From assembly GCA_965242725.1 (NCBI GenBank), contig CBDESZ010000017.1:52556-116555 (forward strand): a stretch of 64,000 nucleotides of DNA, written 5' to 3'. The notes under the pieces are model-generated. The model was not told where the DNA came from, did no database searches, and saw nothing but the letters and a program-made list of their open reading frames with translations. Shown here piece after piece: positions 51,059 to 61,045 of the stretch (positions are counted from its first letter, which is position 1; each line of letters opens with the position of its first letter). This stretch comes from Alkalispirochaeta sp. Its GTDB lineage: Bacteria > Spirochaetota > Spirochaetia > DSM-27196 > Alkalispirochaetaceae. A program made the position numbers and the translations under genes.

Positions 51059-51910
51059 TTACCGGACGCCGTCTATCGAGATGGAGCCCGAGGCGGTATC
51101 GATTTCTATGCCGAAACGGCCGTTCCCGCCCCGAAGGGCGCCCTCCGCCGAGGTGGATCCAAACCGGATACGCCCGGACACGCTGCGCAGGCGATAGGCC
51201 ACGTCCCGCAAATCATTCCGCAAGGTGATTTCGATATCGCCGCTGGCGCTTTCGCCGCGAAAGGTGGACGTCAGTTCCAAAGACCGACCAAGAATCCGCC
51301 CGGACGCGGTGTGCACATCGAATATTCCGCGACTGTTTGACAGTTCAACGGTACCCGATGCGGTTGTTATCTCAATCGTGCCCGTCGCATCGGTGAGAGA
51401 CACCCTCCCTGAAGCACTGCGAATCGCCACACCACCACCGAGGTTGTGTCCCTCCACATTTCCGCTGGCGCTGCGGATTCGACTGACCCCCTGGATGTTC
51501 CCGATTTCGACATTCCCCGATGCCGTATCCACCTTTACGTCAATTCCGGTCGGTGCATACACAACGATTCGCGGTGAGCCGGAGGTCCGGGAAAACCACG
51601 TGTTGCGGCCCCGGATATCCACCGTGGCAACTCCCCGCCGAACGGTATCACGAACATCGAATCCGTCGGGAATATCCGTCACCGAGACCTCTACCTGGTT
51701 TCCCCCGGACGTCCGTCCGCCCCCGACGATCTGAACATCAAAGATCGACGCGTTGATTTCTATCGCCTCAAGATCGGAATAGGTAAGAAACTCCGTTTCC
51801 GGCGTACCCGCCGCAAAGAGGACGTTCGTGGCGACGAACATCGTCGCCATGATGTATACCGCGATACCAAAACCGACGAAATGACTCTGCTTCATATTTT
51901 TTCGCTTCAT
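51059..51910 (-). CDS. Exported DUF4097 (putative adhesin) beta-repeat protein
   Basis: Signal-like N-terminus; many [TS]ASG.[VI] repeats. Confidence 0.85.
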   Translation of the reverse strand: MKRKNMKQSHFVGFGIAVYIMATMFVATNVLFAAGTPETEFLTYSDLEAIEINASIFDVQIVGGGRTSGGNQVEVSVTDIPDGFDVRDTVRRGVATVDIRGRNTWFSRTSGSPRIVVYAPTGIDVKVDTASGNVEIGNIQGVSRIRSASGNVEGHNLGGGVAIRSASGRVSLTDATGTIEITTASGTVELSNSRGIFDVHTASGRILGRSLELTSTFRGESASGDIEITLRNDLRDVAYRLRSVSGRIRFGSTSAEGALRGGNGRFGIEIDTASGSISIDGVR

Positions 51911-54210
51911 ATTTTGATCCCTCCAAAGGCGTGAGGATAGACGCGGATTCCCTCACCGAAAATGGCAAAACCATCCCCTGAATGAGTGCCCGCCGGTTCC
52001 TGTCCGTCAAAAACGCGCAGCGCATCAAAGCGCATACCTCCGATCACGGCAAAACGTCGTCCCAGCTGCAACCCGCCGGAGAGCCTGAGACTGGGGAATA
52101 TCCGGGGACCCCGATAATCAAAGGCCGCTTCGCCGGTTCCCTGAACCATCGCCGAGAGATCGGCGTCGAGATAGATCGTGCCGCTCCAGATGCGCGTCCC
52201 CAGCCCGGCCGCAGTTGAAAACTCGACCGCTTCCGACTCGAGATCGGATTGCCTGGTGCCGAACTGATAGACCGTGTACAGGCGTTCCGTTCCATTCTGA
52301 AAGGCGACCCAGCTCCCGCCACGATCATCCATGGTCAGTGCAAAGTCCTGAACGCCGAAACGCACGAGATTGAGCACCCCCAGGGTGATGCCGTCAACAT
52401 CATTTGCGATATTCACCACACCCAGCTGTGCACCACGCACCGTGTCGGAGATGTTCACCACTCCGGCCTGGACACCCCGCACCTCTTCCGCGATATCAAC
52501 CACGGCAGCCTGTACTCCCGTGAGGTAACGACTCATTGCAAAGACACCGCCAAACTGCACACCCCGCACGCCGTATCCGGCGACGGCACCGAGACCGCCG
52601 CCCTGCATACCCCGTATTTCTCCGTCAACGACGCCCACCGCGCTGGAAATCTGTAACCCTCGGACATCTCCGTCCACCACGTTCAGGAACGACGAACTTT
52701 GAATGCCGCTGATGTCTCCGGAATGGATATTGAAGAAAGACGCCGCCTGTATTCCGGCGACCTTCCCCCGGCGAATGTTTCCGACATAACTCCACTCGAT
52801 ACCTCGGGTCACACCGGTACCCAGGTTCATTCCAAGAGACGCCATGATTCCGTCGGTATAGCCCGACTCCGCGGCGAGAACTCCCAGGACGACGTTGTGC
52901 ACGCTCTCCCCTTCCGGAAGGGAGGGCGACGGTACGAGCCGCGTTCCCGGAATGACATCAAGCACAAAAGGTTCCCGCTGGAGCGTCCGGGGATTCTCGG
53001 GCACAAATGCGGAATGGATCGGATCGGCCCTGCCGAATGCGTCCCACGTCGCCCGCCCGGCGTCGCCCACCGCCCGGCTCGTACGGTCCCAGAGGTCCCC
53101 AAGGTCGTCGAGCGGGTCGTCCAGGGAACCGTCGCCGCGAATTCTGTTCCGCTCCAGGCGCATCGACGAAAAGTGCTCCGCCGACAGAGTCACCGGCCCG
53201 AACGATCCTGCCGAGATAAAGGCGATGGACATGCCGTCGGCTCCCCGCCGTTCCACACGATAGTCACCTGAGGGGACGACGATGTCCGTTGACTCTCCGT
53301 AGTACTTTTCAAACTCCGCGACGATGCGTCCCCGCTGGTCTTCCCGAACAAAAATCCGACCTGAAACATCGGAATCAAGGGTAATGCGGGAGTTCCCCTG
53401 GGCGAGATCGGTGAGGACAAGATCCCCCGCGCCGGTAAGCTGTATTTCGTACGATGGATGCTGGGGACCGGCAAAGGTTCCCGACGTTCGTGTCAGTGTT
53501 TCCGTAAAGGCGTACTGGTAGACTTCATTAAGGGTGACCCGGTTGTCTCCGGTGCTGTCCGCGGCACCGAGAAGCCCCGAGACGAGGTAGTGGGTAAAAA
53601 AGGAGGCACCTATTTCGTCGGATTCCTGGGATGCCTCGTTGTCGGAACTTGAGGTGAGAAAGGCATACCCCGTCATGTCCGCGGTGTCATGAATGAGAAA
53701 GGGCTGGCCCCTGCGGCCGCCCTTCAACCGGGTGAAGCTTCCAGAGGAACAGCTGTCCAGCATCGCGACGGCGACATCGGCATCCACCGACTCGATGGCG
53801 TTACGCAGTTCCCGGTAGCGGTACTGCTCATTGCCGAGAAGGAGCCCTTCTTCGTCGCTGTGGCCGGAGTAATAGAAGAGGAATTCAACCCGTTTTGCCG
53901 CACCCTTTGCCCGACCGATCTCCCCGGCGATCCACTCCATCGTCCGGTCGATCGTCGGACCGTCGGGGTTCTGAAGCAGTCTTGCGTCGGCGGGTTCTAC
54001 GCCCCCGACGGTATACATCACATCCGCGACGCGTGCGGCATCTGTCACCGCATATCTGAGGGTGACACGCTCACTGCCGCCGTCGTTGGCACCGACAAAT
54101 AGGGCAAATCGCCGTACGCCGCCTCCATCATCCTGGGCAGAAAGAGAAAGAACCGCGAAGAGCGCAAGAAGAAGTACGGGAGTCGTCCGCTTAACCCTAC
54201 CGTTCACCAT
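51907..54210 (-). CDS. Exported caspase-family (peptidase C14) protease with C-terminal GxQ beta-solenoid repeats
   Basis: Signal peptide; RFALFVGAN, YSGH117, LDSC154SSG, SFFTHYLVSGLLGAAD..GD..VTLNEVY, PQHP; repeats GIQ/GVQ/GLQ. Confidence 0.9.
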   Translation of the reverse strand: MVNGRVKRTTPVLLLALFAVLSLSAQDDGGGVRRFALFVGANDGGSERVTLRYAVTDAARVADVMYTVGGVEPADARLLQNPDGPTIDRTMEWIAGEIGRAKGAAKRVEFLFYYSGHSDEEGLLLGNEQYRYRELRNAIESVDADVAVAMLDSCSSGSFTRLKGGRRGQPFLIHDTADMTGYAFLTSSSDNEASQESDEIGASFFTHYLVSGLLGAADSTGDNRVTLNEVYQYAFTETLTRTSGTFAGPQHPSYEIQLTGAGDLVLTDLAQGNSRITLDSDVSGRIFVREDQRGRIVAEFEKYYGESTDIVVPSGDYRVERRGADGMSIAFISAGSFGPVTLSAEHFSSMRLERNRIRGDGSLDDPLDDLGDLWDRTSRAVGDAGRATWDAFGRADPIHSAFVPENPRTLQREPFVLDVIPGTRLVPSPSLPEGESVHNVVLGVLAAESGYTDGIMASLGMNLGTGVTRGIEWSYVGNIRRGKVAGIQAASFFNIHSGDISGIQSSSFLNVVDGDVRGLQISSAVGVVDGEIRGMQGGGLGAVAGYGVRGVQFGGVFAMSRYLTGVQAAVVDIAEEVRGVQAGVVNISDTVRGAQLGVVNIANDVDGITLGVLNLVRFGVQDFALTMDDRGGSWVAFQNGTERLYTVYQFGTRQSDLESEAVEFSTAAGLGTRIWSGTIYLDADLSAMVQGTGEAAFDYRGPRIFPSLRLSGGLQLGRRFAVIGGMRFDALRVFDGQEPAGTHSGDGFAIFGEGIRVYPHAFGGIKI

Positions 54211-55087
54211 GGCCGTCTCCTTTCCAAACGGTCACGTCATAGATGTCGGCGTCTTCCGGTGCGGCTTTGTCGATTACATCGTCAAGTCGCTCCCAGAGAG
54301 TTGCCGCGTCCCCGATTTCCCGTTGGTTCAATAACCGTTCCATCGCCGTCATGATGTCGCGACTGCGAAACGGTTTCGACGCCGTAATAAAGAAGAAGCG
54401 TTCAAAGGAGGGGGCGTCATCCAGTATATATGCATACGGAAGAGCCGTCTCACCTTCACCGGAAAGGCGCCCGACTTCATCGGGACCTTCAGGATAGTGG
54501 AGAGTGACGACACCCCATCCGTCCACCGAGATGATCGTTCCGTATGGCGCACCGGCGGCGCGGTATGAGATCTGCAGGCGATCGCCGCCCCGGACGACGC
54601 TGCCGTCGGAGAGTACCTCCGCACCGTTGTCGCCGGTGCTGCGATAGAGGACGATCCGTTCATCAAGCCCCTTTATCCGTTCACCCCGGGCGATCTGTTC
54701 CGGCGTCGTTTCATCGATGAGGAGTCGCGGTATCAGCAGCGCTCCCAGCACGGTCAGCGCGACGAGGGGTACCAGAGTGCCCCAGAGCGGTCGGCGGGTG
54801 CGCTCCCGCAGCGACGACACAAAGCCCTCCCCGTTCCGCAGCCACCGCAGGAGCACACCGTCCGAAGCGGATGTGGTTCCCGATTTTTCACGGGAGCGGA
54901 TACGTTCATCGATCCGGTCCGCAAACCAGCCGGGAGGATAGGCGGCAAGGATCGCCTCGCTGTCGCTCTCCAGTTCCTGCAGGCGCATGAGGGCTTCTTC
55001 GTCGTTTTCGATCATCCGGGCTACATCGTCGGATGCCTCACCGATCCGATACTGTTCAAGATAAATGTCGGGTATTCTGTCATTCAT
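54197..55087 (-). CDS. Putative anti-sigma factor: cytoplasmic N-domain, one TM, periplasmic DUF4384-like domain
   Basis: IPDIYLEQYRIGE N-terminus; TM LWGTLVPLVALTVLGALLIP; GDRLQISY...ISVDGWGVVTLHYP...LDDAPSFERFF; starts 2 nt after the sigma gene. Confidence 0.75.
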   Translation of the reverse strand: MNDRIPDIYLEQYRIGEASDDVARMIENDEEALMRLQELESDSEAILAAYPPGWFADRIDERIRSREKSGTTSASDGVLLRWLRNGEGFVSSLRERTRRPLWGTLVPLVALTVLGALLIPRLLIDETTPEQIARGERIKGLDERIVLYRSTGDNGAEVLSDGSVVRGGDRLQISYRAAGAPYGTIISVDGWGVVTLHYPEGPDEVGRLSGEGETALPYAYILDDAPSFERFFFITASKPFRSRDIMTAMERLLNQREIGDAATLWERLDDVIDKAAPEDADIYDVTVWKGDGHGER

Positions 55088-55089
55088 GG

Positions 55090-55569
55090 TTACGCCTCCC
55101 TCAGTGCCAGGCCGCTTCGCTGCAACGATTTCAACCGTTTCCGTACGCCGGAAATGGACATTCCACACACGTCCGCCGTCTGTTCCAGTGTCAAACCATC
55201 CACGTACCGGCACACCGCAATCGTCTTCGTGTCCGTCTTCTGGGTGCCGAAGAGTCGATCGAGAAAATGTCCGGTGAGGACGCGATCGGCGTGATCGTCC
55301 GCCGTGGCGATCGATTCAACCAACTCTCCAACGGCATCGCTCTTCCTCCGTTTTCCCGACCGTATGCGATTCAGACAGACGTTGGTTGCAATGGTATAGA
55401 GGAGGCTTGACGCCCCCTTGTCTTCCAGACGGTCCTGGTATCGCATCACCCGGACAAAGGTATCCTGCATCGCGTCCGCCGCATCCTCTTCGTCGTGTAA
55501 TAGTTGCCGACACCGTCGCATCACCATCGGACCGTATCGGCGGTAGTATTGTTCAACATCCAAAGCCAC
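55090..55569 (-). CDS. ECF RNA polymerase sigma-70 factor
   Basis: Region 2 DAADAMQDTFVRV...LLYTIATNVCLN; region 4 GLTLEQTADVCGMSISGVRKRL; GGAGG RBS before GTG. Confidence 0.92.
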   Translation of the reverse strand: MALDVEQYYRRYGPMVMRRCRQLLHDEEDAADAMQDTFVRVMRYQDRLEDKGASSLLYTIATNVCLNRIRSGKRRKSDAVGELVESIATADDHADRVLTGHFLDRLFGTQKTDTKTIAVCRYVDGLTLEQTADVCGMSISGVRKRLKSLQRSGLALREA

Positions 55570-55596
55570 GATTCTCAGACCTCCCGTATCGACCTG

Positions 55597-56304
55597 TTAA
55601 AAGGCGATTCCTCCGTATATTCGCACGGTAAAGCGGTGGGGTGAAAAGGTATCACCGTCAAAGGCAAATCCTCCGACGTTCTGATAGATCACGTTGTAGT
55701 CCACGCCCGTTCCCAGAACGAGTCCCGCCAGATTGAGCTGAGCCCCCGCACCGAGGTACTGATACACACCGACACGATCCACCCGTTCTTCCGACTCCAT
55801 GTCGTCATCGTCTTCAGCAGCCTTTTCCGTTGTCCATACTTCCCGGTCCCGGTCATAACCGAAGTCGGTCGTGATCGATGACTTTACATCGACACCTCCG
55901 CCGTAGCGGATGTAGGGATCGATAAAGCTTCCACCGCCAAAGAGGTGAAAGGAGACGAAGATGTCACTGTATCCTTCATACCACCACGCGTCACGCTGAC
56001 TGGAGATTGCGGGACTCTCCGACTCATCAAGGACCTCTACCGTCTCCATGGTGAACCGTCCCCCATGGCGAAGGCCGAATCCCAGATGGTCAAACCAGAT
56101 TTCTCCTTCTATACCGCCGTAACGGTCCTCATTGCTCGCATTTTCGTACTCTCTGCCGAGATCATTCACATCGTGAGGATTCTCAACGACGGCTGCGGCG
56201 GCAAATCCGACAATCTGGCCACCGACATCCGCGGCGACACCGTGCAACGCCACGAAACCCGCAAACATCGCTATGATTATCGTCCGCCCAAAAGTCCGAC
56301 TCAT
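55597..56304 (-). CDS. Exported hypothetical protein, probable outer-membrane beta-barrel
   Basis: Signal peptide, alternating aromatic/Gly beta-strands, C-terminal VRIYGGIAF; AAGGAG RBS. Confidence 0.6.
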   Translation of the reverse strand: MSRTFGRTIIIAMFAGFVALHGVAADVGGQIVGFAAAAVVENPHDVNDLGREYENASNEDRYGGIEGEIWFDHLGFGLRHGGRFTMETVEVLDESESPAISSQRDAWWYEGYSDIFVSFHLFGGGSFIDPYIRYGGGVDVKSSITTDFGYDRDREVWTTEKAAEDDDDMESEERVDRVGVYQYLGAGAQLNLAGLVLGTGVDYNVIYQNVGGFAFDGDTFSPHRFTVRIYGGIAF

Positions 56305-56415
56305 ATTTTCATTCTCCTTCACTCATACAACACCGATCCACCGGAAAACTGTCACTTTCTATGCATTTGAAACGATACCCCTTTATAATAGTGTGCACGA
56401 GGAGTGGAGGTTTCT

Positions 56416-57552
56416 ATGGGTGGTCCAAAGACGAAATGTATTGGAATTCTCACGAGCGGCGGCGACTGTCCCGGTCTCAATGCGGCGATTCGCGGTGTCG
56501 TCAAGGCGTCTATCGGTTCGTACGGGATACGGGTCATCGGTTTTCTGGACGGTTTTCGGGGATTGGTGGAAAACCGCACCATCGCGCTGGAAGACAGAAA
56601 TGTGAGCGGGATACTCACCCAGGGTGGGACAATCCTCGGCACGTCCCGGGACAAACCGCACAAGATGCCCATGGGCGGAACAAAGATGGATATGACCGAG
56701 GCGGCGGTTGAGAACGTCCGGAAACACCATATTGACTGCCTCGTCTGTCTGGGCGGCGGCGGAACCCAGAAGAACGCCTACCATCTCCATACAGAGGGCG
56801 GCATAAACGTCCTCACCCTTCCAAAGACAATCGACAATGACGTTGCGGAAACGGATGTGACCTTTGGATTTGATACGGCGATGAACATCGCCACCGACGC
56901 CATCGATCGCCTGCACACAACCGCGACCAGCCACCACCGCATCATCGTCTGTGAAATAATGGGACACAACTCGGGTTGGCTTGCCCTGGGCGCAGGAGTT
57001 GCGGGAGGAGCCGATGTCATTCTCATTCCGGAGATCCCCTACGATTTAAAGGCAGTGGCGGCGCATCTGGAAAAACGACGAATGAGCGGAAAAACGCTTC
57101 TCGATTATCGCCGTGGCGGAGGGCGCCGTTTCAAAGGAAGAAGAAAAGGCGTTGTCCTCGGGGAAGAAGGACCGGAACGACAAGAAAGACCAGGTCGTGG
57201 TGGAACATGATGAGACGGGGTGAAGCGTATCACCTCGTTCAGGAACCGAAGGCGAGCCAGATCGCCCGAAAGCTCCAGCAGCTCACCGGTACGGAGGCGC
57301 GGGTCACATCACTGGGACACGTCCAACGGGGTGGAAGCCCCTCACCGCGTGACCGGCTCATATCATCCCTGCTGGGAACTGCCGCAGCGGAAGCACTCGC
57401 CAAGGGCGACTACAATAACATGATCGCCATACGCGGAAACGACAGCGTCCTCGTTCCCCTGAAAGACGTGGCAGGCAAGAAAAAGACCGTTCCCCCCGAC
57501 CACCCGTGGATTCGCAGCGCCCAGCTGGTCGGAAACGTGTATGGGCACGTGA
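56416..57552 (+). CDS. pfkA: 6-phosphofructokinase (frameshifted)
   Basis: [49 protein letters not shown]; end coordinate assumes a one-base correction. Confidence 0.9.
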
Positions 57553-57618
57553 TAACCACGCCGTACTCACGCTGGTAAAAAGGCAACGGGAGGACTATTT
57601 TTATTTCAGGAGATGTAC

Positions 57619-59035
57619 ATGCCCGACGGATCATTTGATATTACAAGCCCTTCCCAGCGGTACCGTTCACCGGACGATCGGCCTGCTCTACAGGGCCCTC
57701 GACCAGCTTGACGCCTCCATAGAGAGTGACACCATCGAGCAGATCGGCGTGATGATCCACCGTGCGATGAGCACCCAGCAGCGGACATTTCATACTCCCG
57801 AGCACATTTTCGAACTGGCCGATCCGGCGGATCCGCATACAACTCTGGCGGCGCTCTTTCATGACGTCGTCTACTTTCAGGTTGACGACGGTTTTCTCCC
57901 TGAAATCGAGAAGATACTCGCACCCTATGTCAGTGTCGACGACGACGCGGTCACGGTTCGCCACCGACATCGCAGAAGATGACCGCGCATTCTTCGGCTG
58001 TGCCGCCGTTTTCGGTTGTGGTCCCGGGTCAGGTGCTGTCTCCCTTCGGCGGACTCAACGAGTTTCTCAGCGCCCTTGTGATGGATAGTCTCCTTGAATC
58101 GATGGTACGAGATGTCGACCTCCTGATCGCGACGGCGTGCATAGAGGAAACGATTCCCTTCCGCGGTCCCGACGCCGGCGGCAGAAGACCTCCGATAGTG
58201 CTGGAACAGCGGATCTCGGAAGTCAACAGGTCGTTCGATCTCGGATTGTCCGATGTAAAAATCCGCGAGACCGTGAGTACGGCGGTAATCTTTTCCAACC
58301 GTGATGTCTACAATTTTTTCGGAATCCGATCCCGGTCGCTTCCTCGACAACACGTGGAAACTGCTGCCCGAGAGTAATCCGTCCCTGCGCATTCGTGGTC
58401 TATACACGATACGAAACTACAGTCTCGCCCTTATGAAGATGGAAGCCTTTCTGTCGCGCCTGGAAGCTGAGAATATTTTCAACCAGTACAGGGAGTGTCC
58501 TCCCCGGGCGGAATACGAGGGTCGACTGCAGCAAGGGCGCGCTTCAATTTGCGGACGGCGGAAATGTACCTTGGGGTCAAAATGATCAGCGCCGGAATCC
58601 TCCTCGCTCTCGCCGATCTCAGCGGCGGAGACGCTCCCATCGCCTACTTCATGGGGGATATCGATCCGCAGAACGAACAGAGTGAACTGTCGTCTCTTTC
58701 TCCCGGACACACCCGAATGCTGCGGCCGCGCCGATGATGAAGCGGACGTCCTCTACCGGCTTCTCCGCTACGGCCGTGCCAATGAATCCCATTTCGATCT
58801 CCGGCACTCTCCCCTTTCCCTCTTCATTTACCGTTCCATAGACGATGAAACGGTACGCAATGCAGTGACCGCTGCCCGCTCATTTTTCAACGGCGAGGAA
58901 GACCCTCACGCGTTTCTCGCACACCTTCCCTCTCACCTTGTCGAGGTGATCGCCCGGGCGTCGGCTCATATGGCGTTCACCCGCCGTGACGCTCTCACGA
59001 CAATTGCGGAGGAGTACGGAAATGGGTCTCTTTAA
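57619..59035 (+). CDS. HD-superfamily-like hypothetical protein (multiply frameshifted)
   Basis: RTFHTPEH...LAALFHDVVY, FGGLNEFLSAL, ACIEETIPF, FLDNTWKLLPESN across ORFs 57506, 57979, 58301 and 58682. Confidence 0.6.
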
Positions 59036-59807
59036 AAAGAAAATAACCCACGTGGGACTGGCCCTCGGGGGTGGTGCGGCCCGGGGGATTGCTCACATCG
59101 GTGTACTCAAAGTCATTGAGGAGCTGGGCATTCCCGTCACCGCCGTTGCAGGGACGAGCGTGGGAAGTATCATCGGGGCGCTCTACGCCGCAGGCATGTC
59201 GGCCGACGAAATCAAATCGTTCAGTGAGGAACTGGGGTGGTCAAAACTCCTTCAGCTCAGTCTCTCGGGATTCGGCATTGCCAAGACAGATCGCCTTGAG
59301 AGGCTCGTTGAAGAACTCGTCGGTGACAGGAAAATCGAGGCGCTCCCCCTTCCCTTTGCCGCCGTGGCGGTGGACATCGGTACATTTGAGCCGGTTATCT
59401 ATACAACCGGTCCCGTTGCCCGGGCGGTACGGGCGTCCAGCTCGATTCCCGGTATATTCGAGCCGGTAATGGAGGATGGACGGGCGATCGTGGACGGCGG
59501 AGTGGCCAACAATCTGCCCACCGACGTCGCGCGATCCCTGGGTGCGGATTTCGTCATCGCCGTCGATTTGAATGCCGGCATGGATCACCGGGACAAACCG
59601 AGCAACCTCTTTGACATCACCTATCGCAGTTTTACCGCGCTCATGTGGAATACCTCACGAAGGGGGCGGGAATCGGCGGACATTCTCATTGAGCCGGAGA
59701 TCGGTCATATTTCCTATCACGATCTGGGGAAGGCCGACGAGCTCTTTGCCGCGGGAGAAGCGGCCGCCAGGAAGGCACTTGCAAAGCTTGCCAGAAAAGT
59801 AGCGTGA
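59022..59807 (+). CDS. Patatin-like phospholipase (RssA/NTE-like)
   Basis: LGGGAARGIAHIGV, GTSVG, VDGG. Confidence 0.92.
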   Translation: MGLFKKKITHVGLALGGGAARGIAHIGVLKVIEELGIPVTAVAGTSVGSIIGALYAAGMSADEIKSFSEELGWSKLLQLSLSGFGIAKTDRLERLVEELVGDRKIEALPLPFAAVAVDIGTFEPVIYTTGPVARAVRASSSIPGIFEPVMEDGRAIVDGGVANNLPTDVARSLGADFVIAVDLNAGMDHRDKPSNLFDITYRSFTALMWNTSRRGRESADILIEPEIGHISYHDLGKADELFAAGEAAARKALAKLARKVA

Positions 59808-59813
59808 CCACCG

Positions 59814-61045
59814 CTAAAAGACGCGGGTACCCTTCCCTCATGCTCTGTATCGCCACCACTTCTCCACCGCGGACGTAGACGCGGGGCACCCGGATTGTGA
59901 GTCCGCAGGTGATCTCATAGGTGATCGTGTTGCACAGGCGCGCCAGTTCAAGGGCGTCGATTTCACCGCTTCTGGCGGCGGAGCGATGATCGTCGGGAAA
60001 CCATTCCTGCCGTCCCAGAAGAACGACCCCGTCCCCGACCGCCGCCGCCTCGGGCAGACCCGTGAGATCGAGGGCGATCATGTCCATCGAGACGCGACCT
60101 GCAATAGGTACGCGCATACCGTGCACAAGTGCTTCGCCCCGGCCGGACAGGATCCGCGGATAGCCGTCGCCGTACCCGATGGGGACAATACCGATCACGG
60201 AGCCGGGCCCCACCTTCCACGTTCTGCCGTATCCGATGGTCCACTCCCGCCGGTAGGTGGTGACTTTTACAATGCTGCTTTCAAGACGCATGGCCGGACG
60301 CAACCCGATGGAGCGATCAACTTCGTCACTCGGGTACATGCCGTACATCGCGATGCCCGGCCGCACGAGATCCCACGCAACGGCGTCGGGAAACTGTATG
60401 AGGGCACCGCTGTTTGCAATATGCCGGTACCGCACCGTGATGCCCTGTCGTTCCAGGTTATCGAGTATTTCCCTCGTCTGCCGTATCTGGAAATGGGAAA
60501 AGGAGGTATCTTCTTCATCGGCGCCGGGAAAGTGGGAGTAGACGCCCTCCATCGTCGTGTCGGGGAGTGAGGCGATGGTCGACAGCGCCGCCACGGGATC
60601 ATCACCATGCAACCCCATCCGGCCCATGCCGGTATCGAGGTTCACGTGAACCATCGCGGTGGTGTTCATCCGCCCCGCCCATTCGCTCAGCAGCCGGGCA
60701 TATTCCACGGAACCGACGGTGAGACGCGCCCCTTCCCGGAGCGCAACAGGGACTTCATCGGAAAAGATCTCTTCAAGGATTAACACCGGCAGTGTGGATA
60801 CCCCGGTCCCTGAGGTAGAGGTACTCCTCCAGGTTTGCCACGGCAACCATGGTGCAGCCCCACCGCTCACACGCGCCGGCGATCGCCGCCGCCCCGTGGC
60901 CATATCCGTCGGCCTTCACCGCCGGGACGAGACCCGCTCCGGGAACACGCCCTCCGAGAAGCCCCAGGTTGTGGTCGATCGCATCAAGATCGACCACGGC
61001 CCGGGTGTGTCGTATCGGATAGTCCAGAGGCAGCGACTCACCCAT
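59814..61045 (-). CDS. alr: Alanine racemase (frameshifted)
   Basis: AVKADGYGHG, DTGMGRMG, YSHF, HIANSG, VRPGI, IGYGDG, GRVSMD, TITYEI; 3' end approximate. Confidence 0.92.

Noticed and set aside
56325..56356. ECF-type autoregulatory promoter GTGACA-N16-GTGTTG upstream of the barrel gene
   Set aside because: The position is plausible, but it is a single occurrence with no known consensus for this sigma, so it cannot be supported.
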